From the NCBI GenBank assembly GCA_021816955.1, contig JAKAWP010000001.1:10290-74289 (forward strand): a stretch of 64,000 bases of DNA. The letters run 5' to 3'. The position numbers and the translations under genes were made by a program. The number at the start of each line of letters is the position of its first letter. The first letter of the stretch is position 1. Of this stretch, positions 16,968-26,327 are shown one piece after another. The notes beneath the pieces are model-generated. The model had not been told where the DNA came from and made no database searches. It worked only from the letters and a program-made list of their open reading frames with translations. The stretch comes from Thermoplasmata archaeon (lineage in GTDB: Archaea; Thermoplasmatota; Thermoplasmata; Lutacidiplasmatales; UBA184).

Positions 16968-18212
16968 GTGATTCGGTTCGGTCCGGCCGGAATCCCGCTC
17001 TCCTGCAAAGGACGTACGCTGCGCGACGGTCTCGCCGACGTACACCAGCTGGGGCTCTCGGCGATGGAAGTGCAATTCATCAAGGTCAACCCGACGGTCC
17101 GCCCGGTCTTTGACGAAGAGGTCGGTCGCGTTCCGTTCGAGCTCACGGGCGTCCTCCCGGTGGCGGTCGGCGCCCGCGGCGATGCCGACGGGCCGCCGTC
17201 CTGGGAGCGGCTCCACTCGCCGCTCGCCGCGAAGAGCTCGCTCACCACCCTCAACTGGTCCCTCGCGAAGGAGCACGGGGACCTGGACGCCGCGAAGACG
17301 CTCGCCCGCTCGCTCGACATCGAACTCACGCTGCACGCGCCGTACTACGTCGACTTCTTCGGAAGCGAGGAAGCGCGAACCCGCTCGCTTCGGCAGCTCG
17401 AGTGGGCGTGTGTGATCGCGGAATCGCTCGGCGCTCGCCTGGTCGTCACCCATCTCGGCTTCTATGGGCCCGGCTCGCGCGCCGACAGCACCGCGGAGCT
17501 CGCGTCGACGCTCGGCAATGTCGCCCGATGGCTGCGGCAGTACAGCCGCGGGTCGCTTCGCCTCGGGATCGAACCGAGCGGACACCCGGACGTCTTCGGC
17601 TCGCGCGAGGAGGTGCTCGAGCTCGCGCGCCGGGCGCGGCTCGTCCCCGTCCTGAACGTGCCCCACCTCGCCGCCCGCGAGCGCCGCCCCTTCGACACCG
17701 TCGCCGAGATCCGGCCGATCGTCGACGAATTCGTCGCGGCGTCGGCGGGGCCGCTCTACGCGCACTTCTCGGGGGTCGAGATGAACGGCCCGAACGAGTT
17801 TCGCCTGACGCCGATCAAGCGCGGGGCGATCCGGTTCGACCCGCTCGCGGACGTCCTCGCCGAACGGGAGTACGATGTCACGGTCATCTCGAGCTCGCCG
17901 CTCTTGGAACACGACGCGATGTACATGAAGCTCCTCTACGAACGCGCGCTCGCCCGCCGGTGGGCCCGTCTCCATCCGACCCCTCCGCCCTCCGGTCGGC
18001 CGGGAGCGCGTGCGACCGTGCCGACGGCCCGACCCAAAGCCCCGGCGCTGCGGAAGCAACCCCGGCCACCGCGCGCGCGCCCGCATGCCCCCGCCCGCCG
18101 CCCGGCCCGGCTGCCGCGGCGGACCGGGCAGCCCCGCCCGACGCGCCGGTCGCCCCCGTCTCGTCGGGACCGATCGGCCAGGAGAGAATCGCATGGCGCG
18201 AAACGTCGATAA
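16968..18212 (+). CDS. Endonuclease IV-like TIM-barrel protein with basic C-terminal tail
   Basis: IRFGPAGIP, LSAMEVQF, LHAPYY, VTHLG, HFSG motifs of archaeal AP endonuclease family 2. Confidence 0.82.
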   Translation: MIRFGPAGIPLSCKGRTLRDGLADVHQLGLSAMEVQFIKVNPTVRPVFDEEVGRVPFELTGVLPVAVGARGDADGPPSWERLHSPLAAKSSLTTLNWSLAKEHGDLDAAKTLARSLDIELTLHAPYYVDFFGSEEARTRSLRQLEWACVIAESLGARLVVTHLGFYGPGSRADSTAELASTLGNVARWLRQYSRGSLRLGIEPSGHPDVFGSREEVLELARRARLVPVLNVPHLAARERRPFDTVAEIRPIVDEFVAASAGPLYAHFSGVEMNGPNEFRLTPIKRGAIRFDPLADVLAEREYDVTVISSSPLLEHDAMYMKLLYERALARRWARLHPTPPPSGRPGARATVPTARPKAPALRKQPRPPRARPHAPARRPARLPRRTGQPRPTRRSPPSRRDRSARRESHGAKRR

Positions 18213-18762
18213 AGGCCCGGTCTACCTGCGCGCGATCCGCCACATCGGCGATCACGTCACGCGCGCGCTCGAGCGCGTCGATCCGCAAGCGGTCCGCCGT
18301 GCGGTCGCGCTCCTGAACGGCGCCCCGTCGATCTTCGTCTACGGGGCCGGACGCAGCGGGATCATCGCCCGGGCCTTCGCGATGCGGCTCGTTCAGCTCG
18401 GTCTGCGGGCGTACGTCATCGGCGAGACGGTCACGCCGATCGTCCGCCGCGGGGATGCGGTCTTCATCGTCTCGAACCAGGGCGAGAGCTACTCGAGCCT
18501 GCAGACGGCGAACATCGTTCGCCGGGAAGGTGCGGAGCTGATCGTCCTGACCGCCGCGCCGTCGAGCAAGCTCGCCCACGCCGCCTCGGTGCTCCTGGCC
18601 CTCGACCTCCAAGACGGTCGAATCCACCGTGCGTACGCCCCGCTCGGCACCGTCTTCGAGGCGGCCACGCTCCGCCTGACCGACGGGCTGGTCGCGGAGC
18701 TCCTCCAGGCGCGCGGCGAGAGCGAGGAGTCGATGCGTCGACGCCACGCGATCATGGTCTAG
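18193..18762 (+). CDS. hxlB: 6-phospho-3-hexuloisomerase (SIS domain)
   Basis: IFVYGAGRSG, FAMRL.QLG, VIGETVTP, APLGTVFE, RHA. Confidence 0.88.
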   Translation: MARNVDKGPVYLRAIRHIGDHVTRALERVDPQAVRRAVALLNGAPSIFVYGAGRSGIIARAFAMRLVQLGLRAYVIGETVTPIVRRGDAVFIVSNQGESYSSLQTANIVRREGAELIVLTAAPSSKLAHAASVLLALDLQDGRIHRAYAPLGTVFEAATLRLTDGLVAELLQARGESEESMRRRHAIMV

Positions 18763-18811
18763 GCGGCGTCCGGACGGCATATCTTTAATCCGCGACCGAA
18801 CTCCCCAGCCC

Positions 18812-19312
18812 GTGCCGCGTCGCCACTCGCCGGAGGCCGAGACGCTCGTCCGGGTACCGAGCCGCTTTTTCGTCACGAGCGGCAAGGGGATCAACAAGAC
18901 GAGCGAGCTGAACGCCTTCGACCTCGCGCTCCTGCAGGCCGGTATCGGCGAGCAGAACCTGGTGAGCGTCTCGTCCGTCCTTCCGATCGGCATCCGGCAG
19001 GTCGACCGCGTGCCGATCGCGCGGGGCGCGATCACGCACTGCGTCCTCGCCCGCCACGGGGGCGGCGAGGGCGAGGTGATCAGCGCCGGGATCGCCTACG
19101 GCTTTCGCACGGACGGCCAAGGCGGCTACGTCGCGGAAGGTCACCTCCACGGGACCCAGAAGTCGCTCAAGGAGTTCCTCAAGTGGCGGATGGAGGAGAT
19201 CGCCCACTTCCGCGGCGTCGAGCTCCGACGGATCCAGTACCGGACGGAGGAGCTGTCGATCCCGATGGACCATTACGGGGTCTGCATCGCCGCGGTCGTC
19301 TTCCTCCCGTGA
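18812..19312 (+). CDS. pdaD: Pyruvoyl-dependent arginine decarboxylase
   Basis: LNAFDLALLQAGI..QNLVSVSSVLP with SS autocleavage site. Confidence 0.9.
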   Translation: MPRRHSPEAETLVRVPSRFFVTSGKGINKTSELNAFDLALLQAGIGEQNLVSVSSVLPIGIRQVDRVPIARGAITHCVLARHGGGEGEVISAGIAYGFRTDGQGGYVAEGHLHGTQKSLKEFLKWRMEEIAHFRGVELRRIQYRTEELSIPMDHYGVCIAAVVFLP

Positions 19313-19366
19313 CGATCGCCGTTCGGAACGTTTAGATACGTTGTGCTCCCTATGGGGTCCGGAACC

Positions 19367-19579
19367 ATGGCCACCTCGCTGGTCGACCGGATCTGGACCG
19401 CGGACGAAGTGCGCGAGGTCATCCAGGCGCTCAAGGACACTGACGGGACTGTCGATCTCACCTTCGACAACCTCTCCTGGAAGCTGCCGATGCTCGGCGA
19501 GTCGGTGGTCGTCAACGGATCCGTGCGCCTGCGGATGCGCCTCGAGACCCCGTCCGCATCGAAAGGCCGCCGGTCGTAG
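19367..19579 (+). CDS. Small hypothetical protein
   Basis: TATA-like TTTAGATA at 19331; coding-like codon usage. Confidence 0.6.
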   Translation: MATSLVDRIWTADEVREVIQALKDTDGTVDLTFDNLSWKLPMLGESVVVNGSVRLRMRLETPSASKGRRS

Positions 19580-19608
19580 ATCGACGGGGGCCACCAAGCG
19601 GCCGCTCG

Positions 19609-19944
19609 CTACAAGAGGCGGCGCAACAGCAGCTTGTCTTCGAGCGAGCCGTCGAGCCGCAGGCGGCCCGTGACGATCGCCTTCATCGGTCCGAGCTCCT
19701 TGCGGACGAGTTGCTCGAACGTCGCCTGATCGGTGGTGATTCGGAGGTCGGCCCGATCGGCGGCGCTCGTGCGCAGGTTTTCTAGGCGCGACCGGGCGAG
19801 ATCGACCGCGTACGTCGGCCCGTCCGTGAACCGGATCTCGATCGTCCGTTCGATGCGGGCGAGCTCTTCGGCGATCCCCGGGTGGCGGGCCACGTGACGG
19901 TTGAACCGGTCGACCAGCCCGACCAGAGTCGCTTCGACGTTCAT
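19609..19944 (-). CDS. SCP2 sterol/lipid-binding domain protein
   Basis: ADLRITTD..TF..LV..ELGPMKAIVTGRLRLDG; ATGA-coupled to rnhB. Confidence 0.85.
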   Translation of the reverse strand: MNVEATLVGLVDRFNRHVARHPGIAEELARIERTIEIRFTDGPTYAVDLARSRLENLRTSAADRADLRITTDQATFEQLVRKELGPMKAIVTGRLRLDGSLEDKLLLRRLL

Positions 19945-20609
19945 CCGAACGGCTCGTCGAGCGTCCGACGGCCGAGCGCCGCCATAACCCTTTCCTTGGT
20001 CGACCACGACGCGCGCGCCCAGTCCGGCCAGCGTCGGGTCGTCCGGAAAACATCGGTGACCGCGCGCACCGATCGGGGGTCGGACGGGTAGCCGCTCCCC
20101 AGGTCGAGGCCGAGCGCTCGGGCGAGCTCGGCGAGCCACCGGTCCCGCTCGACCTTCGCCACGATCGAGGCGGCGCCGACGACCGGGTCGGTGCGGTCGG
20201 CCCGATGCCGGGCGACCACCCGCGTTTCGGGACCGAGCCGTTCGGCCAGCGCCTGTTCGAATCGCCGCGCGTTCGCGTCGCACGCGTCGGCGACGACCAT
20301 GGAGGCCGACCAATCGCCCGCGAGGCGGGCGAAGGCATCGAGCTCGAGCCGGTTCAGTCCGTGGCGGACGACCGCCCGGTCGATCTCGGTCGGCGGCAGC
20401 GGACACAGCCGCACCTCCCCGAGCGTTCGGAGCCGCTGAGCGAGTTCGCGCCGTCGAGCGGGGGAGAGCAGTTTGGAGTCCCGGACGCCGATCGCGCGCA
20501 GTTGCGCGCGATCGGGCGCGCGGATGCGGAATGCCCCGACCACGAGCGGCCCGAGGAACGATCCCCGCCCGGCTTCGTCGAGTCCCACGACGTACTCCTC
20601 GCGCGCCAC
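19941..20609 (-). CDS. rnhB: Ribonuclease HII
   Basis: GLDEAGRG..LGPLVV, VRDSK.L, AASIVAKVERD, GSGYPSDP. Confidence 0.95.
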   Translation of the reverse strand: MAREEYVVGLDEAGRGSFLGPLVVGAFRIRAPDRAQLRAIGVRDSKLLSPARRRELAQRLRTLGEVRLCPLPPTEIDRAVVRHGLNRLELDAFARLAGDWSASMVVADACDANARRFEQALAERLGPETRVVARHRADRTDPVVGAASIVAKVERDRWLAELARALGLDLGSGYPSDPRSVRAVTDVFRTTRRWPDWARASWSTKERVMAALGRRTLDEPFG

Positions 20610-20668
20610 GGAGCCGACCGGTCGAGAACCCCCGTGAACGATTAAGGCACGCGTCCCCTGACCGCCGC

Positions 20669-21574
20669 GTGGGGCTCGAAGGATTGGCCGTGCCGACGGC
20701 CACGGTGTTCGCGCCGGACGGGGCGCTGGACGACGACGGGAACCGTCGGTTCCTTTCGAGCCTGAGCGCCGCCGGCGTCGACCATCTATTCGTCCTCGGC
20801 TCGCTCGGGGAGTTTCCGCTGCTCGACGAGAGCGAGCGCGCGCGGCTCGTCCGCGTCGCGGTCGACGCCGCGCGGGGTCCTACGGACGTCTGGGTCGGGG
20901 TGGGAGCGCCGTCGACGCGCCAAGCGATCCGGTATGCGCGCGACGCGGCCTCCGCCGGAGCGAGCGCCCTCGTCGCCGTCCCGCCGTACTACCTTCACCC
21001 GACAGCGCCCGCGATCGCGCGCTACTACCGGTCGATCGCGGCCGAGGTCGACCTGCCGCTGCTCGCCTACAACATTCCGTCGCTCGTCGGCTACGCCCTG
21101 TCCCCCGCGCTCGTCCACGCGCTCGGAGCGGAGGGAACGTTGCGCGGAACGAAAGACACGTCCGGCAGCCTCGCGAGCGTTCGGGCGTTCCTGACCGGCC
21201 GGCCGGACGGCTTCCACGTCCTACCGGGCGACGACGCGCTTGCCCTCGAGAGCATGGCGATCGGAGCGAGCGGGGCGATCATGGGGATGGGCAACCTCGT
21301 CCCCCGGCTGTGCGCGGCGCTCGTTCGGACGATCCGCTCGGGCTCGCTCGATTCCGCGCGCCCGCTCCAGCAGCTGATCGACCGGCTCGTGGACGTGAGC
21401 CGCGCCGGACCGTTTCCCGCGACGGACAAGTACCTCGCGAACAAGCTGTGGGGCGCCCCCGCCGGCTACCGCTCCCCGTACGACCCCCTGACCGCGGACG
21501 AGGCGGCCGAGGTCGATCGTCGGCTCGCCCCGCTCCGCCCCGATCTCGCCCCGTACCTCGGAGCGCGGCCGTGA
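20669..21574 (+). CDS. DapA-family class I aldolase (probable KD(P)G aldolase)
   Basis: LGSLGEF, PPYY, YNIP, GTKDTSG Schiff-base Lys; coupled to glucose dehydrogenase. Confidence 0.8.
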   Translation: MGLEGLAVPTATVFAPDGALDDDGNRRFLSSLSAAGVDHLFVLGSLGEFPLLDESERARLVRVAVDAARGPTDVWVGVGAPSTRQAIRYARDAASAGASALVAVPPYYLHPTAPAIARYYRSIAAEVDLPLLAYNIPSLVGYALSPALVHALGAEGTLRGTKDTSGSLASVRAFLTGRPDGFHVLPGDDALALESMAIGASGAIMGMGNLVPRLCAALVRTIRSGSLDSARPLQQLIDRLVDVSRAGPFPATDKYLANKLWGAPAGYRSPYDPLTADEAAEVDRRLAPLRPDLAPYLGARP

Positions 21575-22716
21575 AGGCGCTCGTGGTCGAGCCGCCCCGC
21601 CCGGGGGTGGCGCTCCGGGACGTTCCTCGGCCGGGGCTCGCGGCCGGCGCGGTTCGCGTCCGGGTGCTCGAGGTCGGGATCTGCGGCACCGACCACGACA
21701 TCGTGGAGGGGGCGTACGGAACGCCACCGGACGGTCGGTCCGACCTCATCCTGGGCCACGAGAACCTCGGCGTCGTCACCGAGATCGCTTCCGAGGGCGT
21801 CGGGTTCGCCCCGGGTGACCTCGTGGTGGCGACCGTGCGACGCGGGTGCGGTGAGTGCCGGTTCTGCCGGACCGGCCAGTCGGACTTCTGCGAGACGGGT
21901 CGCTACCGGGAGCGTGGGATCCGAGGGCTCGACGGCTACCTCGCCGAGGAGTACGTCGAGCGGCCCGACTATCTCGTCCACGTGCCGGCGTCGTTGCGCG
22001 ACGTCGCCGTCCTCCTCGAGCCGATGAGCGTGGTCGAAAAGGCGATCGCCCAAGGCGAGAAGGTCCTCGAGCGCAAGGAACCGACGCCCGGGATCCCGGC
22101 CGACCGGCCGCGGCGGGCGCTGGTCGCCGGGACCGGAGCGATCGGCATCCTCGCGGCGGTCGTGTTGCGGTTGAAAGGCTACGACGTCGTCGCGATCGAC
22201 CGCCACGGCGAGACGACGCCGGCCGCGACGATCCTGCGCGCCTTCGGCGCCCGGCACGTCGACGCCGCGGCCGGGCTCGGCGGCGTCGGCCAGCGGGCGT
22301 TCGACCTCGTGGTCGAGGCGACCGGTTCGTCGACCCTCGACGTCGCGCTGTTCGACTGCCTCGCCGTGAACGGGACGCTCGTGCTGACCGGGATTCCGGA
22401 CGCGGCGGCGCCGCCGGCGCCCGTCGCGACGGGCCGGCTGTTCCGGGAGCTCGTCCTCGCGAACCAGGCGGTTGTCGGATCGGTCAACGCGAACCGCACG
22501 TACTTCGAGCAGGGCGTTGCCGACTTCGCGAGCGCCGAGCGACGCTGGCCGGGGACGCTCGGCCGGCTGATCACTTCCCGCCGTCCGATCGACCAGTTCG
22601 CGGACGTCCTCGCGCAGCGGACCGGCGGGGCGATCAAGCACGTCCTTCAGGTCGCGGACGCGGCGGCCGGGACCGCCGGCCCGGGCTCGTCCGTCCCCCG
22701 TTTCGACAAACCCTAA
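21571..22716 (+). CDS. gdh: Zn-dependent glucose 1-dehydrogenase (archaeal ED pathway)
   Basis: GICGTD, LGHE, VRRGCGECRFC...C, ERGI.GLDG, LLEPMSVVEKA, GSVNA. Confidence 0.9.
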   Translation: MKALVVEPPRPGVALRDVPRPGLAAGAVRVRVLEVGICGTDHDIVEGAYGTPPDGRSDLILGHENLGVVTEIASEGVGFAPGDLVVATVRRGCGECRFCRTGQSDFCETGRYRERGIRGLDGYLAEEYVERPDYLVHVPASLRDVAVLLEPMSVVEKAIAQGEKVLERKEPTPGIPADRPRRALVAGTGAIGILAAVVLRLKGYDVVAIDRHGETTPAATILRAFGARHVDAAAGLGGVGQRAFDLVVEATGSSTLDVALFDCLAVNGTLVLTGIPDAAAPPAPVATGRLFRELVLANQAVVGSVNANRTYFEQGVADFASAERRWPGTLGRLITSRRPIDQFADVLAQRTGGAIKHVLQVADAAAGTAGPGSSVPRFDKP

Positions 22717-22756
22717 ATACGGCGCTCCGCTCGCATCGCCCCTTCGGAGACGGACG

Positions 22757-23164
22757 ATGGGAGTCTGGCAGGGTCGACCGCGACGCAAGCGGACGGGGGC
22801 GCGCCTTCGCCCGCTGCGCAAGAAGCGCCGGTTCGAGATCGCCCGCGAGGCGCAGTTCGCGACCGTCGGTCCGGGCACGATCAAGACCTACCGGGTCCGG
22901 GGGGCGAACCAGAAGCTCCGGATCCTCACCGCCTCCACGATCAACGTCTACGACCCCGCCACGAAGTCGACGCGCCGGGCGAAGGTCGTGACCGTCCGGG
23001 CGAATCCCGCGAACCCGAACTACGTGCAGCGGAACATCATCACCCGCGGGGCGGTCGTCGAGACCGAGATCGGACTCGTGCGGGTGACGAGCCGTCCGGG
23101 GCAGCACGGGCTGTTGAACGGGGTCCGCGTCGAATCGCCCGGCCCGTCGTCGCCCTCGGCGTGA
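22757..23164 (+). CDS. rps8e: Ribosomal protein eS8
   Basis: WQGR.RRKRTG, RKKRRFE, RVRGAN.K, NPAN.NYVQRNIITRGA, VTSRPGQ.G. Confidence 0.96.
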   Translation: MGVWQGRPRRKRTGARLRPLRKKRRFEIAREAQFATVGPGTIKTYRVRGANQKLRILTASTINVYDPATKSTRRAKVVTVRANPANPNYVQRNIITRGAVVETEIGLVRVTSRPGQHGLLNGVRVESPGPSSPSA

Positions 23165-23179
23165 GCCCGGCGCGCGCCG

Positions 23180-23479
23180 ATGCCGGACCACTTCTACATC
23201 TACCCGGCCTACCTCTCGGGCGCGTTGCCGCGCCGCCTCGGACGCCGCGTTCCGGCGGCCGTCGCCGTGCCGGACGTGACCCTTGAGGAGATCGTGCAGG
23301 CGGCCCGCCGCCTCGGCTTGTCGGCGACCGCCGAGGAGGGAAAGCAGTACAGCCGACGCGCGCATGCCTATGAGGGCCGGGTGAAGGTCGCGAAGCGCGC
23401 GGGGACGTCGAAGACGGCGGCGTTGCGTTCGATCGCCCAGGAGATCCGCCGGCACCGACCCGCCAGCGGGAAGCGCTAA
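23180..23479 (+). CDS. srp19: Signal recognition particle protein SRP19
   Basis: IYPAYL....RR.GRRVP..AV. Confidence 0.9.
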   Translation: MPDHFYIYPAYLSGALPRRLGRRVPAAVAVPDVTLEEIVQAARRLGLSATAEEGKQYSRRAHAYEGRVKVAKRAGTSKTAALRSIAQEIRRHRPASGKR

Positions 23480-23481
23480 CG

Positions 23482-24273
23482 ATGGACGAGCCCGGCTGGA
23501 TCTACGTCACGGGCACCGCGGGCGCCGGCAAGACGACGTTCGTCCGGGAGTTCGCGGGCTGGCTCAAGTCGGCCGGCTACGAGACGACCGTCGTGAACCT
23601 CGACCCGGGCAACGAGCAGTGGACCGAGCCGCCGGACGTCGACATCCGCGAGTGGGTCCGGCTCGCGGACATCATGGACGACTACGGCCTCGGCCCGAAC
23701 GGGGCGCAGGTCGCCGCCGCCGACATGATCGCCCTCAAGATCTTCGACATCAAGGCGGCGATCCAGGACCTTCGGTCGGACTACGTCCTCGTTGACACGC
23801 CGGGCCAGGTCGAGCTGTTCGCGTTCCGCGAGTCGTCCCGGGCGATCGTCGACGCGCTCGGCGGCGACCGGGCGTTGATCGCGTTCTTGTACGACCCGGC
23901 GCTCGCGCGCTCCCCGAGCGGGTTCGTCTCGCTGTTGATGCTCAGCGCGACCGTCGAATTCCGATTTCGGCTGCCGATGGTCCCTCTGTTGGCGAAGGCG
24001 GACGTCCTCACGCCCGAGCAGCGGGACGAGATCGCGGCGTGGTGCGAGATGCCGGACCGCCTCCACGAGCGGATCACCGACGAGGGCGCGACGCCCGATC
24101 TCTCCCTGTCGACCGAACTGTTGCGGGCGATCGAGACGCTCGGGCCGGTCCTCGATCTGGTCGCCGTGAGCGCCAAGGACGGCACCGGGCTCGAGCGCTG
24201 CTACCGGGCGGTCCAGCGGGTTTTCGGCGGGAGCGAGGACGCGGAACCGGGCCAGAACCCGGCCGACCTCTGA
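23482..24273 (+). CDS. GPN-loop GTPase
   Basis: GTAGAGKTT, VNLDPG, YGLGPNG, DTPGQVELF. Confidence 0.93.
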   Translation: MDEPGWIYVTGTAGAGKTTFVREFAGWLKSAGYETTVVNLDPGNEQWTEPPDVDIREWVRLADIMDDYGLGPNGAQVAAADMIALKIFDIKAAIQDLRSDYVLVDTPGQVELFAFRESSRAIVDALGGDRALIAFLYDPALARSPSGFVSLLMLSATVEFRFRLPMVPLLAKADVLTPEQRDEIAAWCEMPDRLHERITDEGATPDLSLSTELLRAIETLGPVLDLVAVSAKDGTGLERCYRAVQRVFGGSEDAEPGQNPADL

Positions 24274-24298
24274 GGCCGCGCGCGGCCGGCGCGGGTCG

Positions 24299-24601
24299 TC
24301 ACTCTTCGGTGAAGAACAGGCCCATCCCCGCCGACGCAGCGTCGTCCTCCGCGTGCAGGCGGTCGAGCAGTTCCCGGGCCGCCGACGCGTCCAAGCGGCT
24401 CCCGATTGGCGTCAACAGCTCGTCTGCGCGAGCGATCGCCGCCGGATCGCCCTCCACGAGGACGTAGAGCGCTCCCGCCGGTCCCCCGAGCGTTAAAGCG
24501 TCGCGGAGCTTTTGGCTCTGCCGGGAGACGAGGTCGTCGTGCAGCACCTGATCGAGTTCGGTCCGTCGGGCGGTCGGGACCGACCAGATCGTCCACGCCA
24601 T
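24299..24601 (-). CDS. Hypothetical protein
   Basis: Coding-like ORF with TATA-like CATATAG about 25-30 nt upstream; ends EDDAASAGMGLFFTEE. Confidence 0.75.
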   Translation of the reverse strand: MAWTIWSVPTARRTELDQVLHDDLVSRQSQKLRDALTLGGPAGALYVLVEGDPAAIARADELLTPIGSRLDASAARELLDRLHAEDDAASAGMGLFFTEE

Positions 24602-24717
24602 CGGCTGTTCGCGACCCGGGCGGACTATATGGGATTGTCCGACCCCCGGAGGCGCGGGGGCCGCCCGATGCGGGGGTTCTCGACAGGGGGGCCGCGTCGG
24701 ATCGGGGGAGGCGGGAC

Positions 24718-25410
24718 GTGGAGCCGTCGGTGACGCTGGTCGGCACCGCCCACGTGGTCGACCTCTCCTCGGCGATCGCCCGGGTCTTCGGGCAGGTGGC
24801 GCCGGACGCGGTCGCCCTCGAACTCGACGCCGATCGGGCGCGAGTCCTCTTCGAGCCGACGCCCGAGGGGTCGCGGTCCCGCCGCCGCGGGGTTCCGCTC
24901 TCGTTTCGGCTGTTCGCTCGCCTCGAGCGACGGCTCGCCCGATCGATTGGCGGCGGCGTCGCGGGCGCGGAGATGAAGGCGGCCTGGAACGAGGCGCGCG
25001 CCCGTCGGCTGCCGGTCTATCTGATCGACGCCCCGATCGGGGAGACCGTCGGCCGCCTCCTCGGGGAGCTCTCCGTCGCGGAGCGCCTTCGGCTCCTCGC
25101 GATCGCCGCCGTCGGCCTCCTCGTTCCGCCCCGGGTCGTCCGGCGGGAGCTGGGTCGGTACGCCGACGATCCAGCGGAATACGAATCCGAGCTGCGCGTC
25201 CAGCAGCCGGCCCTCGCCCGGATCTTGATCGACGAACGGAACGAGCGGATGGCGGCCCATTTGGCCCGGCTCGTCGAGAGCGGAGCTCGTCGGCTCGTCG
25301 CGGTCGTCGGGGACGCCCACGTCCCTGGCTTGGCCGAAGCGCTCGCCGCTCGGGGGATTTCCGTGCGCCCGATCCGGCTCGCCGAGCTCGCGACGTTCAG
25401 AGCGTCGTGA
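24718..25410 (+). CDS. TraB/PrgY/GumN family protein
   Basis: LVGTAHV, PDAVALELD..R, GAEM, LIDERN..MA, AVVG.AH. Confidence 0.88.
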   Translation: MEPSVTLVGTAHVVDLSSAIARVFGQVAPDAVALELDADRARVLFEPTPEGSRSRRRGVPLSFRLFARLERRLARSIGGGVAGAEMKAAWNEARARRLPVYLIDAPIGETVGRLLGELSVAERLRLLAIAAVGLLVPPRVVRRELGRYADDPAEYESELRVQQPALARILIDERNERMAAHLARLVESGARRLVAVVGDAHVPGLAEALAARGISVRPIRLAELATFRAS

Positions 25411-26269
25411 GACGCGACGACTCGGCCCGCTCGACGGCGGCCAGGAACGCGTCCGCGTATCGGCGGAGCGCCTCGCTCGTGTACGTCTCGAGCGAGCCGG
25501 CGTCGCCGAGTCGGCTCAGCTGCGGGTCGACCGGGAGCTGGGCGAGGACCGGGATCCCGTACTCGCGGGCGACCGCGTCGACGTGGCTCTCCCCGAAGAG
25601 ACGGATCGCTTCGTGGCAGTGCGGACAGCGGATCTCCCCCATGTTCTCGACGATCCCGAGCAGCGGGACGTGGAGGTCCCGGGCCATGTTCATCGCCTTC
25701 TTCACGATGAGCGCGGCGAGCTCCTGGGGCGTGAAGACGAAGACCATTCCGTCGAGCGGGATCGTCTGGAACACCGTGAGCGGAACGTCGCTCGTACCGG
25801 GCGGCATGTCGATCAGCAGGTAGTCGAGCGGCCCCCAGTTCACCCCTCCGAAGAACTGCAGGATGAGCCGGGTGACGAGCGGACCGCGCCAGATCACGGG
25901 GGTCTGCTCGTTTTCGACCAGGAATTGCGAGCTGACGACCGGGATCCCCGAACGGCTGACGGCCGGTTCGATCCCTTCCCCCCGGTCGACGAGCGGCCCC
26001 GTGAGACCGAGGAGCTTCGGGATCGACGGGCCGGTCACGTCCGCATCGAGCACCCCGACCGCCAGGCCGCGTCGGCGTAGCTCGGCCGCGAGCAGCGCCG
26101 TCGCCGACGACTTGCCGACGCCCCCCTTCCCGCTGCCGACGGCCACGACGTGGCGCAGCGTTCCCTTCTCCATCCGCTGGGTGACGCTGGTCCCGGGCCG
26201 CCGAGGGCCGGGCGGCGCCGACGGGGCGGGCGGGCGGGTCGATCCGGTCGGGGCGGGTCCGTTCGCCAT
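25397..26269 (-). CDS. apbC: Mrp/ApbC Fe-S cluster carrier ATPase
   Basis: GSGKGGVGKS, DADVTGPSIP, WRGP, DMPPGTSD, ENM...CPHC. Confidence 0.93.
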   Translation of the reverse strand: MANGPAPTGSTRPPAPSAPPGPRRPGTSVTQRMEKGTLRHVVAVGSGKGGVGKSSATALLAAELRRRGLAVGVLDADVTGPSIPKLLGLTGPLVDRGEGIEPAVSRSGIPVVSSQFLVENEQTPVIWRGPLVTRLILQFFGGVNWGPLDYLLIDMPPGTSDVPLTVFQTIPLDGMVFVFTPQELAALIVKKAMNMARDLHVPLLGIVENMGEIRCPHCHEAIRLFGESHVDAVAREYGIPVLAQLPVDPQLSRLGDAGSLETYTSEALRRYADAFLAAVERAESSRLTTL

Positions 26270-26327
26270 GCCCCAGGGGGCCGCCGGTCGCCTATATCGT
26301 GTTCGGCGTATCGCCCGCCCCACGGCC

